Positions 13,188 to 27,105 are shown, counted from the first letter of the whole stretch. The stretch: DNA of 63,469 bases, filler included, from Choristocarpus tenellus KU-1152 (GCA_964200185.2; 8 parts of 8 records of this genome joined end to end with filler, not necessarily neighbours in it); one strand, 5' to 3'. Notes: generated by a model not told the origin, from the sequence alone. A program made the numbers and translations.

Positions 13188-16100
13188 ATGCAAACTGGCT
13201 ACTATGTTCCTGATCGAGCTCCACCGACAGGAACTATTGCTGCAAGGATGCTTGCACAAAATGCAGCGAGTGCAGCCCATCCTCCTCCCTCAGCCCCACC
13301 CACAGCTACCCCTATTCCCACCACCATCACCACCACCACCACCACCACCACTAGTAATGCCCTGGCAACTACGTCAGGACAACCATCTTCTGGGCGCCCA
13401 TCTAGACCAACATCCTCCTTTACCCCCAGCTCTCGTAGTAGGGGAGGACGGCCTGTGAGAGGATCGAGCACCAACAATAGGGGTTCAAATTCAAGTGCCT
13501 CTGCGAACAGGAACAGCAAAGCAACAGTGCACAATGGGGCTGAGGCTGGGACTATGCTGGCTAGACCAAGTGCGGATAGCGTAGGTTTGATGTCCAAGTC
13601 TGGAGGTGTGGGGATGGTGCAGGTTACTGTGGGGGATAAATGTCGTGACGTGGAAATTTCTTTGGTTGGTGCTGGGGCAGTCAATAAGACTGGAGAGCAA
13701 GTGTTGGTGAGTGCAGATTCAACAGGTGCAGGAGCAGAAAAGCTGTCCTTGCCTCAGCCACCAGACCTCCCCATTCCAAGGGTGTATGCCCCTCTGGAGG
13801 CAGCGCCACTGGAGAGACAGGCTTGGGAGGACAACAAAGCGTATCAGGTTGTGTTGGGGGAATCCTTTTCAAGATTGGGGCGTGATGGTTCTCCATCTGA
13901 TGGGTCAGGGAGGTACATGCACCTTAAGTACGACTTTGTGCCAACAAGGACTGACCTGGATGCCCCAGCAGAGTTTCGATCATCAAGGAAGGGAGGGGAG
14001 AAGAGGTGGACAGCAGAAATGGAGTTTGGGAATAGGGATGTGGATGATTGCAGTGGAGCTGTGCGATATGAAGGAGATGTCACCAGGTTGATGGGGAGGG
14101 GGGTAAATGGGTCATGAGTAGGAGCAGCAGTATTTGTGTGTACATTGGAGTGCTGTATGTAAGGTGTGAGTTATAGACTCTGTAATGAACATGATAATTT
14201 CAGGTCATGTAGTTACTTGACGGTAGGTGTTGTAAGAGTCGATGCATATGTGATGTACTACCCTTCAAGAGTGAATTGGTTGTAATGCATGGTTTCATCT
14301 CAATATGTATATGTCAAATATTAGTTTTAGAAGTGGATTTGGTTTCCACTGGTCCTTTTCTACCAGTGGATTATCCTATTTTCAAACTTAGGGTTAGGGC
14401 TAGCAAGATATTTAACTTGCCTCGAAGTGATCGTTATGGCTATATGCAGTGCTGTGGGTCGCTCTGAGGGCCTCCCCAAGAATGTATGTGTTGTACCGCA
14501 CAATGGCACTTTGATGACCATCATCAGTGTAAGCATCCACTAAGGAGACCTAGTTTTATGTGTTGGACTATAGATTGTCCAAAGACAGTGCAGATGGCAC
14601 AACCCCTTGAGGAAAAAATGTACTATGATGATAATGCTATTTTTTTCTTATTGTTTTCGTCATTGGGCCGAATTTATGGTTCATTGTGCATCTCAACAAT
14701 GATTTTTATTGGATAGTTGGAAACCCTGGTTGTACAATGTTCTTGTTACAGAACATTAGTGTTATATTTTGACACCTTGTTTTTGACTTAACAAGCCCAT
14801 AGGCAAAAGACTGGTGAAGTTTTCAGGACAGAACCAACTTTAACTTAAGTGAAATTAGTAGCCTTATCAATTTGACCTACAAGTTCCACCTCTTGTCAAT
14901 GTAGAGACCCTAATAATTCCTTACACTTCATGCAAGGTACAGAAGCGTGAGGGGATTGTCCCACTTCCTTACCAAGGCAATGACTTGTTGCCCCACTAAG
15001 AAAGACACGCTGTCACAATAGAATCACTGTCTGCTGCTCTCTTGTGAAGAGGCCTCAGTGTTGATAGTGTATACTTTTTCTTTACAACCTGACCCACGAG
15101 CATATGTAGGTGCTGAGTTAGTACACTTTGCACCTACCCACACATCTCGTACATGTTGTATTTCCCCCCCAATGGCAGGAAACTGTGTTTAGTTCACCAA
15201 TTGCACCACAAGGTAGTACCTGATCTTGCTGTATCCTCGATGTACCACATATTATGCTCTGGGTGATGTTTCAACTAAGCAAATACTTCCTCTCCTGTTT
15301 CCGATCCTGTTTATTTCTGACAGGCTGCAAGACATAGAGTGTGCATTGGTGTTTGATGGAGAAAAGTTTGTGATGGAGCGTATAGAGACCATGGCGGTAA
15401 GTAGGATTCCTAAGTATTGTGCACTAAATAGTGGTTTCTAAACTGCAGTTGGAGGGTTAAGTGCATGTATTTGTATCCAAGGAGTGAAGGTACATGAAAA
15501 GAGAAAGAGAATGCTGGATCTCTTTTGCTATTTTGTACTCTCACTGGAGTGTCCCAGATTATTTCTCTTTGACTACTTTTTTTGCCAGTACTGGGCTACC
15601 CATTCACAGCACTAAAGGGGGGTGGTAGCCTCAGTCTTGTCTTTGCTTGCTATTGATCATCATGCGTTCTCATGGACTGAGTTTGTACTGCAGAACCAGA
15701 TGTAGTGGTGCAGATCTTGTACCATGCTCCTGTATTTGTGTGCTTATGCGAGTGTGAGTTCAATCTTGTGATAACAGGACCTTGTGAAAGGGCTGCATAA
15801 GTGATTCCCATGAAATTTTGTGCACTAGCGGTTTAAATTTGAACATTATTTACAGATGATGCAAAGATTTCCATGTACAACACACAACACTTGGCGAGAA
15901 GTCGTTGTCCCCACACCACCTAACAACATTTTTTGTACTATAGCAGTGTTAGAATTCGTGCAGGATGGATGAATGGAAATAGAGGGGGCAGCCATAAAAT
16001 AAACAGTGCCCCGTTCACCAAAGGGTGAGATGAGTCCATTCAAGGAAATGATCTGAGCAGTTTGTGAGGGTTCACTACACCTCATTTTGATACGATTTAT

Positions 16101-17167
16101 GAACAAAACCCACTGCACTCCTATTCCTTGGGTGATCCCCACATTCTTGTTTTTGAGATCAGCTTGACTGTTTTGGGGCATACTTCAATTCTCGGAGTAT
16201 TGGAACATTGCCCTTGTCCTGTTAGTTGGTGTGGCTCACTTTGGCAGCCTATGGATGTGCACAGACACACTCAAGCCAAGAGAGAGAATAACGTAGCTGA
16301 CCATTTGCAGTCCCCATTCCTTTCAATCTTGTTCTATTCAGTCGATGAAGCATGTACAAGCTGAACGTGAAAGGCGTCCAGAAGCAAAGAGGCCCCCCCA
16401 AGGCAAGCCAAAGAAATCCCGCAAGGTTGACAGAGGCAAGGGTACCGGCAAAGGATCTGTTGGCAAGAAAGCAACCAAGGACAAGGATGCAGAAGGAGAG
16501 CATGCAGCGGTAGGTGCTGTAATGTACACTAGATTAGTACATGTTACACTAACAGCGGGTTTTGTCCCTCAAAGCTCCACAATATTGTGAAATTAATCTT
16601 TAATTGCACTTTGTAATCAATGCACTACTCTGCATGTGTAGCAGCATCAACCATCCCTCCTAAAGGTTCTGAACCTCAATTCGTGCCACCCCTTGTTCAC
16701 ACAATATCTGTCTGCAGTCTATGACAGTTGTAGACCAAGGACAAGTGGGGTTATAGTCTTCTGGTACGCATTGTGGTGGGGAGGTTGATGTCAGGGGAAG
16801 GCTCTCCATGCGCACCACCAGTGAATGGGGTGAAAGTGGACTTGAAGAAAGGAAAGAGGATCAGAGCAATACTGGTGGGAATAGCAATGTGAACGTTTCA
16901 ACCATTGCAGGGGAAAAGAGGCATAGGGTCAATGGGAGCAAGGGTGGTGAGGAAAGTGATAGTGTTGAGGTTGACAGGCCATCCTCACCTGACACTGCTG
17001 TGTCCTGGTGTTCAAAGAAGGAGACTTTGGGATGGGAGGAGGAGAGTGATGGTAGAGTTGTAGATCAACAGCTACTGCATACCACACAATTAGATCAGGA
17101 GGAGCATGTAAACTCCCCCAATAGACATGAGTCAGGTGGATATGGTAACTCTCTAGATATCACATAG
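13188..17167 (+). CDS. EAF: ELL-associated factor (EAF) domain protein with long low-complexity N- and C-termini
   Basis: Exons 13188-14086, 15324-15396, 16342-16509 and a tentative last exon ~16758-17167. The spliced segment YQVVLGESF...YMHLKYDFVP...YEGDVTR|LQDIECALVFDGEKFVMERIE fits the EAF domain pattern (V.LG.SF, RYDFKP, CVL.FD...F.LE.L). It is followed by a K/R-rich NLS-like exon. Confidence 0.75.
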
Positions 17168-17893
17168 ATGCGTTTGATGTATTTTGGTCAGCAAAAATGT
17201 TGGTTTGGATTGAAATAATTAACCTGTTTATTGAAGCGTGAGAGCGACCTCCTGGAAAATTTCTCAAGCAGGTTTAACAGGAAATCAATCTGCCCATTGT
17301 CAAGACAAGACAACCTGCTATAGATGGGAAGCAAGGTAGAGGTCCAAAGCAGACATACGTTAACCTTTACTTGTTTGAACAAAGATGTACAGATGTAGAG
17401 ATAAATAACAACCCACAGTAATGGACTGGCAGGATGACCATGGGTGGTTTGTAGTGCACCCTATTAAAATCAGAGGATTTTACAGGCAAGAAGTTAATAG
17501 CTTCGTCTTCAAAGCATTCTTTCTGTCACTCTCATTTGACTCAGCATTTCTAGCTCAATTTGACAATAACCGTCTATTGAGACTAATCTGACAATTCATC
17601 AGCTCAAACTCCGAATGAGATATATCATTGGTCTACATACTTGGCTTTGATCACAACTAGCATGCCCTTCATCCACAATTTCAGATCGCCATGACCCACA
17701 ACATTTGCCAAAGCAACCCCATGCAGACAAGAAATCTAGCGTAATCAATTTTGGTACAACCCAGAATAAATTTTGCAACTAATTCATTTGTGACCTCTCT
17801 ATTTTACAAACTCGACTGCAATGTGAAGAGCTCTCCACATATCACTACACGCCTGCAAGTCTGTGGCCTCCAGTCCAGTCCCCTCTCTCTACT

Positions 17894-19276
17894 TTAAGTA
17901 CTTGTCTTTGTGTTCTTGCTTCCATTTGAGCGCCTTTTCCTATACTCCTCTTTGGAGGCGGAGGCTCGCATCTGCTCTGCCAAGTTTGAGATGGAGATTG
18001 TTACTCCAATAAGGCCCATGATGACAGCAACAGTCAAAATGTTGCTAAAGCTCTTGGCGTCGATCTCTGTCTCAGCTGTGGTGCAGTTTATACATGGACG
18101 ATTCCAATGGTGGCGAGGGAATGGGGTGGAAAGAAATGACTGGGTCAAAACGCTGGGCAATGAAAGAGCCTTCCTTTTTAATATGGCCGCTAAGAACAGC
18201 GCTAAAGCAAATTTGAAGGAGACAGCAAACAACCTAACGGTACAACTTCTCCTATCTCAGCATATGTTTGAAAATAGTCCCTAGTCCTCATTTCAAGTGT
18301 TCCCATACTTAACCTTCTCTGAACCTTTTAAAAAAAACCGGACATGTGTGACCAATAAACTTTGATCTCCTGAAGTTCGAAAGTGCAACATTTGTTGCTC
18401 TTGAAGTACTACGTTGTAAGTAAGAACTTGAAGGACCAACAGCTTGACACATGACGCAAAATTTGAATTCCATCACACTAAAGTAGACGTGACATTTTGA
18501 AGACCAGAGAATAGTGTCTCTGGCACGCTGAGTTTGCTACATTAGATTGCGCTTCAACGACAGAGTTAACACCTGAAACGTGCTCAAAGCTAGAGGGCAC
18601 GGATTTGAATACCTTGCAGGATCTCATTCATTGCCCTATGCAAGGACTGGAGAGTTTTGCTTAACAAGGTTTCCAGCATAGCAGTGGACAAACATGATCT
18701 ATGGGTTAGGTAATAAATACATCGTGCATGCATCATGCCACTACAAAACATGGGGCGCACAATACTAATGAAGTCACTCTCAGCTACTTCGCCTCGCATC
18801 AATCTCACCAAAACATGTCTTATTGATGATGAAGTCGATTTTCTTGATCAATGGATGAGCGAACGCAATCATTTTGTTGGGGCGCCTTGCAGCTGTGAGG
18901 GGAGGGGAAAGTCCATGTGAGATTGGGTTCTTCTAGTAGCGAGAGGGTAAGAGCTATGGCACAAGGCTCAGGTCACTTGCAGGAAAAGAAAAACACTATC
19001 ACATCTAAACCGATTTACTCTATTCTTGTTCACGAACGTCAGTCACAAAAAGGTGTGAACAGCCTGCACACCAAGGATCTTGGTTGAAGTGGATTCAAAG
19101 CCTACACTCCTTGAGCAGGCTCGACAATATGTTTTAAGGATTCAAGAGTAAATCCACTGTTAATCACCATCTTCAAGTCCCTTGAGTCCGATAGTGAGAA
19201 GGTGCAGGCTCACAGATGCCAACACGATCACCAAAGGAGCCAAGGGTGTCGCCACAAAAATGTCCCCCAGTCCCAT
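17894..19276 (-). CDS. Small 124-aa protein with two predicted TM segments, 3 exons
   Basis: Exons 19276-19168, 18892-18809 and 18075-17894; both introns are phase 1 and GT-AG. Translation: MGLGDIFVATPLAPLVIVLASVSLHLLTIGLKGLEDAARRPNKMIAFAHPLIKKIDFIINKTCFAETEIDAKSFSNILTVAVIMGLIGVTISISNLAEQMRASASKEEYRKRRSNGSKNTKTST*. Confidence 0.65.
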
Positions 19277-19723
19277 GATATCGATACGACTACTGCAACC
19301 TGGATAAATCAGGTGTTGGGCAAAGATTGAGAGGTGGGTGCTGAAGCAACGACAATTTTCCGTTGGTGATGGCAAGGATTGAGAGAACCAGGTTTTCCAC
19401 TGGGGATGTGAGTGAATTGACCAGTTATGGTCAATTCCCAAAGAGAGGAAGATACGCCTAGTCCCTACTGCCAACGGACGACCCACATTGAGGCCTCAAA
19501 AGCGACTGTGGGTAGGGTTTCCCGAGCAATCTCTACATTCAGAATGCAAAGCTCCCATACCTGGTGTGTTATCCTTGTTGTGGTTTGAGAACCCCTCCAC
19601 ACCTTGCTTGGTTCCCAAGTTCTTAAGTTTTTGAGATAATATTTTTATTTGTCAGTTTGGGATACTGTAGTGGATGTGTCCAACAACCAAACTCTGTGAT
19701 AAAGACACACACCCCTTGCCACC

Positions 19724-22170
19724 ATGGGTAACGGCCCAGCCAAGGAAATTGGCCAGAGTGCGGCCGCGGTCATCACCAAGGCTGCTTTTCCCCAGGTTTC
19801 AACTCCTGTGGTAGAGACGGTCATCTTTGCTGCAGGTGGGGTTGTGTTCTGTGTTCCATACCCAGGTTGCTTACTTCGTACGACCAATATTTGCTGAACT
19901 CAAGTCGTCCCTTGGGTTGCTGCCCATCTTGTAGACTGCTGGTGGAATCATAAATCGCAGTCGTGCTACACAGATGACTGATCTCATGCTGAACTAAAAC
20001 TCGACAGTAAACAAAATCCCATACTCCCTCAACTTCAACACGAATCACATACCTGTTGTCAGGATGCTTCTGGGGGGTGGAACTGTCATTTCAGAGGGTA
20101 CCAGGTGTGATCAAGACCACCGTGGGTTATACAGACGGTCATACCGTGAACCCAACCTACGAGCAGGTCTGCTCCGGGACCACGGGGCATACTGAGGCCG
20201 TAAAAATCGACTTCAACCCTTCCGCTGGTGAGGAGAGTTACCGCTTGCTTCGACCATACCTGACTAGTGAGGAGCAATCAGGCAGCTCATAATTTTCTCT
20301 TGAATTTTTATAAATGTAGTGGTTAAATATTTTTGCTATTCCTTGAACGAGCTATGAATTCATCTGTTTCACTTGGTTAGTCTTTCTGAACCCCCCTTGC
20401 CTACTTCCAACAGTCAGTTATGGCGAGTTATTGACGGTGCTCTGGGACCGCATGGACCCAACAACCCTTAACCGTCAGGGCAATGATGCGGGGACGCAAT
20501 ATAGGTCGGGGTGAGTAAAGTGTTCCATCTCCGCCACAGAACGAACATACTAATACTATGCACCGGACTGGTTTTCTTGACGTTGTGTAGTCGGCCTGCC
20601 AAATATTTGTTGTGGCAGTGAACTTGATGAACTTGAGTCAGCTTGGCATTATAATGGTTAACTATGCTTCCTTCGCGTGGTTGCTTTACCATGATGCAGT
20701 TGTATACGGTGAGTTTCCTACATGATCTCTTTGTATTGGTGCCTCATATTTTCTCAAGTATTTCGTGGCTTAATGTTGAGATGGTACTCCAGATGGCTAC
20801 TGAAATGCCTCTCAAATGCCAGTTCACCAATACATACCAGGTAGCACACCCCAACTATGGAATATGGCATAACACTGTTGTGGTCTGGTCCTTGAATTGT
20901 TATTTCATGAAGCATTGGACAAAGGGTCACACTTGTGTTTCCACTTCTTGGCACCACCCTCATCTCCTTGGTCTCACGGCACCTCTGTTGTGTAACGTTT
21001 GCTCCAGCATCTACTACACCACTCCACAACAACGAGATGAAGCCTTCAAGTCCAAAGAAACAGAGCAAGAAAAATATAATAGGTAACCCCCAATGTTACA
21101 CCGTTTCAAAATACAGCACAATTTACTTCGTTTCTCACCTATGGTAGTGACAGGAAGACGTTCAAACTATGAACCTCTTTTGAAAGGTGTTAACATATAC
21201 ACATCTGCTTAGTACCATGTAAATGAGTGTGTTAATGCAGTAAGTGTCTTGAAAGGGAGAACATTTTCCTGCAGTTTCAGGCTCTCTGAGATTTGACTAC
21301 TATGGCAATATAAAGGGACCACAGCGGAGGAGTGGTTGGAGATGCTCAAGAATAGTGGTGGGAGCCGTTATGTGTGTCTTCCCTATTGTTCTTCCTTGTA
21401 CAGTCTACCGCTGTGCATCAATTATGGCCTTTGATTGCACTATTTAACTATTTCATAGGAAGATGATAATGATTTCATACAACAGTATAATGTTTGATGT
21501 TTTTGAAGCCACTGTACCATCTACTCCTAGGGTTTTGTGTACTGCTTACTGTAGGACCACATGGTTGTGGACACCCTTAGTACCAGCACTAGAACAATAG
21601 TAGTCAAAATTCAACCAGATATTTACTTTTCTTCTTTGGACAATACTAGTAATAGTTCTTAATCAGTACTACTGCGCACTATACTATTGGCAGCAGGGAG
21701 CGGTTTCTTATTCCATATACTTTCTTGTGTGGTCTCTGACAGTCATTATACACTTGAAAATATGTGCTACATTTTTTTATCAGAGAATATTGAGCTGAGC
21801 TGCAGGAAAATCTGCAGGTAGTGTTGTTTAGGTAACTTCGTCGTGCTATGTCCAGTGTACAGCAATTTTTCTTAAATTGTTCAAAGGAATTGCTTCAGGC
21901 TCCCAATGTCACTTTATTTCAATGCTTTTGTGAGTCAATCTAACACAGAGCTCTACTCGCCCTGTCCCCTGACTCCCCCTCTCTCCATCCTCCCAATTTG
22001 CTGATAACTTGTGATGAAAATGTGGCACAACTGTTTTTAGTCCAATTGTGACGGAGATCAAAGCTGCTACCACTTTTTATTCTGCTGAAGGGTACCATCA
22101 GCAGTACCTAGAACGAGGTGGTCAGTGCGCCCGCAAAGGAGACACATCGGCCATCCGCTGTTATGGATGA
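19724..22170 (+). CDS. msrA: Peptide methionine sulfoxide reductase A, 5 exons
   Basis: Exons 19724-19835, 20063-20227, 20414-20510, 21008-21082, 22041-22170; start context gccaccATGG. Motifs: [86 protein letters not shown]. Confidence 0.97.
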
Positions 22171-22513
22171 GATAATTTCTGCCCTAATTTTTCTTTTTCG
22201 GGGGTTGTTGGAGTGGTAAAGGCCTCCATGAGAGCTTGGTGTATGCCATCAGGAATGATACGATTTCTTAACATGTTTAATGTAAAAGTGATTCTAATCT
22301 TGGCAATTTGATAGGCAACACTTCTTCAATAGTACAGGTACAGTTTTGCACATACTGTACGTTATCTAAAAATTGAAATTGTGGATATCCCCTGAAACAA
22401 GTAGACATAATGATGGGCAAATACTGCGGCATGTTGCTAGCTGCTGTTTGAAGGTATAGCTCTGCATTTTACCAAGTGTGTTTGGAACACTAGGGTAGCA
22501 CATCTCAAGTTAA

Positions 22514-22782
22514 GGGTCATTGTATCCTAGAGGGGTGGGAACCTTAGCCCAGTTTGTCCACTCGAAGCTTGATGAGGTGTGGTAAGATACCCCGGTTTGA
22601 TGCCCATCTTGTGAGTGATTTTCCTTCGAATTTTGTTAGGCAAGGGGATGGAGAAGGAAGTAGGTTCAGATGAAGAAAAGTGCCCTTACATCTGACAAGG
22701 TCACTCAAATGACATGGAAAACGCTACAGGGTCGTACATGCCCCAAATGGACACCTGCCCCCCCTCTAGGATCCTATGGATC
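22514..22782. mobile_element. MITE family C, copy 1 (~270 bp)
   Basis: Imperfect TIRs (gggtcattgtatcctagagggg / cccctctaggatcctatggatc). The body aligns with 54666-54937. Confidence 0.8.
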
Positions 22783-22888
22783 TAAGCGAAATACATACTT
22801 GCACACCCATTAATTTTTTTCAGTTGTGAACATGGGGGCCTGTTCGGTAAGGAGGAAGGTGACCAGGATGGACCGGAAATGGATGGGG

Positions 22889-22988
22889 NNNNNNNNNNNN
22901 NNNNNNNNNNNNNNNNNNNNNNNNNNNNNNNNTTAATTAATTAANNNNNNNNNNNNNNNNNNNNNNNNNNNNNNNNNNNNNNNNNNNN
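22889..22988. other. Artificial contig linker N44-TTAATTAATTAA-N44 (also at 25597-25696, 30449-30548, 43512-43611, 47663-47762, 53717-53816, 60333-60432)
   Basis: Seven identical 100-nt spacers carrying stop codons in all six frames. Confidence 0.98.
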
Positions 22989-23079
22989 TGGATGGATAAT
23001 GTAAGTGCACTTTTCCTGGTTTTGCCCAGAAGGACACCCTGGTGTAGACCCCCCCCTCCCCCCCCAGATACGTTAGGTC
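22989..23079. mobile_element. MITE family B, partial copy (other partial copies at 1-20, 25523-25596, ~27205-27359, 30428-30448, 47763-47781)
   Basis: Shares ggataatgtaagtgcac...gacaccctggtgtagacc-(C)n-cagata with the full copy at 51563-51873. Most partial copies abut contig breaks. Confidence 0.8.
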
Positions 23080-23750
23080 ACAGGGTTGTCATCAACCCAC
23101 CTTTACTCTGACCTAGGAGGTATTTCATCACTGTATTGGGTCACCTGTTTCTTGTGACATTATTGTTGTTACAGGCTGTTTTTTTTAAAGTGGCTCGATT
23201 GTTTCAGACTGAAACAGTTAACAAAAGGGGGGGTATTGGTCTTTTCTTCAGTCTTGTTTCTGAGAAACACTTTTGGGCCTTCAGATACTTTCATGCTCTT
23301 TGTGCTCAGTGCTTTATGAAATCTCGATTGTTGGTGAAAATCTGTAAGATGCCTTACATTCACTCCGTACATTCATTTCCTTTTTACCTCCAAACAAATT
23401 TTCGATACTATTATTTTTTAGCAATACTGCAGAGATTTCTAATCACTTTCCTGCCCCCCTTATGCCCCGCCTTCCTTTGATCCTTATCCTCAAATTACAT
23501 CAGTGGAGTAGCCCGAAAAACAAGAGCAGCACAGGCTTCCACAGCTGTCCAGAATGCACCCATTGCAACACATACCAGGTACACACTGTATGTATATGTG
23601 CAGATTATTTTAAGTGGATTGCATTATTGCTGCTTTATTCTTCACTGGATCGACTCTTACCCTACCCCAGTGTTATAGGATAGGATGTACATGTCATTTG
23701 ATACTACTCTTGAACTCTGCACCCCTTCGTTCTTCCTTGATTTGACATAG

Positions 23751-24011
23751 GAGCCAATGTATCTTAGAGGGTAAACCGCGTCCATTTGGGGGCCAAAATC
23801 CAATGTTGCGATTTTGATGTAATTTTGGCTATCGTGTTTTGTTAAGAAGTTTCAATATCCTTGTTCTGGACACATCTTTTCAGAACGTATACAATTTGCC
23901 TACTCCGATATATTTTGGAGTAGTTAAAATGTCATAAAACCCCCCCGAGGGAAGTCAAGCCACAAATGGACAAACAGGTCAAAACTCGTACCCTCCAAGA
24001 TACTTTCACTC
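23751..24011. mobile_element. MITE family A, copy 1 (~260 bp)
   Basis: TIR-like ends GAGCCAATGTATCTTAGAGGGG / TACCCTCCAAGATACTTTCACTC, with flanks ATAG/GTAG. Aligns full length with 43614-43873 and 49778-50037. Confidence 0.9.
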
Positions 24012-25696
24012 GTAGGGGACGAAGGGTCAACCCTCCAACAGGCAACCGGCCAGTATCCACTGGGGCGTTGGATAGGAGGTAGTCAATGTCTACAGAGAGA
24101 CTTTTTCAGAGGGATCGTAGGCATGGTGTTGTGCTCCAGGCTGGTTGTATTGTTGTGGTACAGTAGCAGATGTCTCTCACTGAACGGCCTTCCACAGTTG
24201 TTTCCTCTTGGGCTTACATTTGGTGATAGCTTATGACCCTTTTCCTCTGAAACGTCCAAACTGCTCTCTCTCGTCAATCCTAACCTCAATTCTCCCTTCC
24301 CCTTGTTGCTCACTTCCACAGGGGTGTTGCTAGCTTCCGCCTACGTTGGCATTACTAGATGAGGAGTATTGTACTCAGTACTGAGACAGCAGCACACCTG
24401 TGTTGTGGACAAGGCTGTCAGCACCACCTGTGTGTTCAAGTGCAGATCTGCCCATGGATGAGCAGCCTCTCCCCATCAGGCAGCACAATGAACGCAATCT
24501 GCCTTGTTGAAGAGGAGAATGCAAGGGTGCAACCTGTGTACTTGATGAAGTGCTTGCAGCGAGGCAAAGCAAGTTTTATGAGGAAGGGTATAAACCTTAG
24601 GATGATGATTTGTTGTGAAGTGCACGTGGTGTAGGGTCAGCATGTTTGTAGAGAGTTCAGGGGAACAAAGTAAGCGAGTCATTTGGATGTCGCTAGCCTG
24701 GTAATGTTTTATCCTTGGACCACTTTGCTCTCTGCTGCAGGGGAATGTGGAGGAAGTGTTTTGAAGTTTTCCAATGATCCCAACTCCCAAAGTATGTGAA
24801 GGGACTGATGTGTGAGGGACATCGGTGTTCATGCCAGGAGATGTAAGGATATGCTAAGGATGTGTAATCAAGCAATGGTTGTCCAATTGTGGTGCAATGT
24901 AGCAAGAGGCAGGTCATGAGAACTCTTGCACCTACCTGACCCTTCGATTTTTGTGATTTTTTTGTGTTTTTCTTAGTGTTTTTCTTATGATCGATGTGAT
25001 GTATTCTTAATGTCTGACTGACTGGTTGCTTTTACTGGTGAGTTGAAGTATGGGAGTGTCGTGAATATTGTTATGTTTGAGATTGTTGTGTGTAGAACTT
25101 CAAGTAACGCGACATATCACAACATGTATTTGGTGCATGACCTGGACCTCCCAATTTTGGAAAGATGGTCGGCGGGAAAGTGTATATATTGTTCATTTTT
25201 GTAGAGGGTATATCTAGCTAGCCACGAAATGACATGGGCGTTGTCCTTGATGCTGATCTTGTAGGGGGATTTTTTTTTTGTGCATTTGGTTTTCTGCTTT
25301 GGGCTATGTTTCCTTATGACTTCGTTGTTACTAAAACCATGAAGAGGAGGTGTACAGATAACAAGCACCTAAGTCGTCTGCCAGAGCGTGCAATACGATC
25401 CAGGACAAGAACTACATGAGACCTTGTTGATGCCAACACATGTAAAATGATAATTTACATACATTTTTGTCGGATATTTCTAGTGCACACACACACAAAA
25501 TGGAAATATCTCTACAGCTGAAGACCCAACATATCTGGGGGGGTGTGGGATGTCTACACCAGGGTGTCCATTTGGGTCAAAATCAGGAAAAGTGCANNNN
25601 NNNNNNNNNNNNNNNNNNNNNNNNNNNNNNNNNNNNNNNNTTAATTAATTAANNNNNNNNNNNNNNNNNNNNNNNNNNNNNNNNNNNNNNNNNNNN

Positions 25697-25962
25697 CCCC
25701 GTGTAGGAAGGGCGCCCAAGTGTCCCTGAATACCAAGGTTGCGCTTGCAGTGGGGCACGCCCTCACGATGATCCCTGGTGAGTATAAATTGCTGCAATAC
25801 GTTGGGCCTGCTGTCGCGGCAGAGTTTGGAGTGTCCAAGCGTTACATGCGAGGGATCTGGGAGGACGTCGCTGATCAGCTCGCCCATGGCCACACGCTTG
25901 ACCTAGGGGTGGTGGCATGTAGTGGGCGGCCTTCGAAGCTCACACCGGCCAAGATACCGTAA
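25697..25962 (+). mobile_element. Tc1/mariner-like transposase N-terminal (HTH) fragment
   Basis: Translation VAAEFGVSKRYMRGIW...SGRPSKLTP fits the HTH plus GRPR-type motif of Tc1/mariner transposases. No catalytic domain is present. Confidence 0.55.
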
Positions 25963-26796
25963 TGCATAGTATCAACTCCGATAGTCGGAAAGAAAAACAA
26001 AATGCAAAATAACTAACACATAACTTATAGATGCCAATTTTGGAAAAAACCTCAACACATGAAGGAGAAAACTAACAAAAAATAGTTCTGTTCCAAATAT
26101 GTAACATGTTGACCAGTTTACTCAGTTAAACATCGGTATGTCACCTCTCCATAATCCAACTTAATCCGTTTTTTTTGTTGCTATTTTTCTCTGTTAATAT
26201 TGTGGATTTTGACAGGGCTTTGGTTAAATTGGCATCTAACGTATCTTCTGTCCCAATCAGAATACAACACCTTCTATCTTCTGAGGACGCGAGTAAGTAC
26301 AGCTCTTGAACCAGTAAAAAAAAACATGTCAGTACTAATAGTCGAGTGACTATTTCTAGGTGAAGTGAAACTAGGATCTTGGACGCACCATCAGTGGTAG
26401 TGACTATGATCTGACACAACCGTCCTTGTGGTAGTGATTTCACAGCTCACTTCTGTCTCAGGAATTTTGACAAAACCGCAGTACAGTAAGGTAGGGTCTT
26501 GCCGTTAAAATACTGTGCAATACAGTAACGGGAATTTTGGAAAACTACGGCCCCACGGTGTGTTTCCCTACCTCCTAAGCTAAGCTAGGGTAGAAGCGTA
26601 GCAGTGTACACATTACTTTGTAGTTACCAACCTGTACGGGGTCATTGTTGTATTGTCAGTTTTCCAATAATAAATATTTATAAAGAATTGTCTTCCGTAT
26701 TGACGACAAATATTATTTTTATTGCAGTCCTTGTAATATAGTTTTGGTTTTTCCCAGACATATCTGGAAGATGTCAGAGGGGACAATACTATATAT

Positions 26797-27105
26797 TCAC
26801 AACACAGGTGGCTCTATCAAGAAGTTTCATGCATTTTAACCTGAAGAGCAAGGAGGGGCCTGTCAGATTCTTGCGATGCTTCCCTGGCTCCTCGCCCTGT
26901 GGTAGGGCTAACCTAGGTTGGAGGCATAGGAGGGGAGTGGTGTAATATAGTTGGTAGTCAAATAGTAAATAGATGATAGATATCTTTCACATTTGCGATA
27001 ACTGTTACTTTTACAGGAGGTCTTACGATATTGAACTGACTTTTCATTGTTTTTTCCCCTGACACATCTGGAAAATGGGAGAGGGGATAATTATAAAAAT
27101 AAAAA
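26797..27105 (+). mobile_element. 5'-truncated 3' end of a CRE-like LINE, preceded directly by another 3' tail (~26740-26795)
   Basis: Homologous to 28230-28539. It starts at ...TTQVALSR codons and ends with the cccctgacacatctggaaaatg..agagggga stem-loop plus an A-rich tail. Confidence 0.75.

Noticed and set aside
13202-13684. Long antisense ORFs (also 35692-36004 and 46697-47341)
   Set aside because: Shadows of low-complexity or coding sequence on the opposite strand.
20063-20075. Possible selenoprotein MsrA
   Set aside because: The catalytic codon is TGC (Cys), not TGA.
22889-22988. Recurrent TTAATTAATTAA palindrome flanked by Ns (7 times)
   Set aside because: Artificial all-frame-stop contig spacer, not biological.
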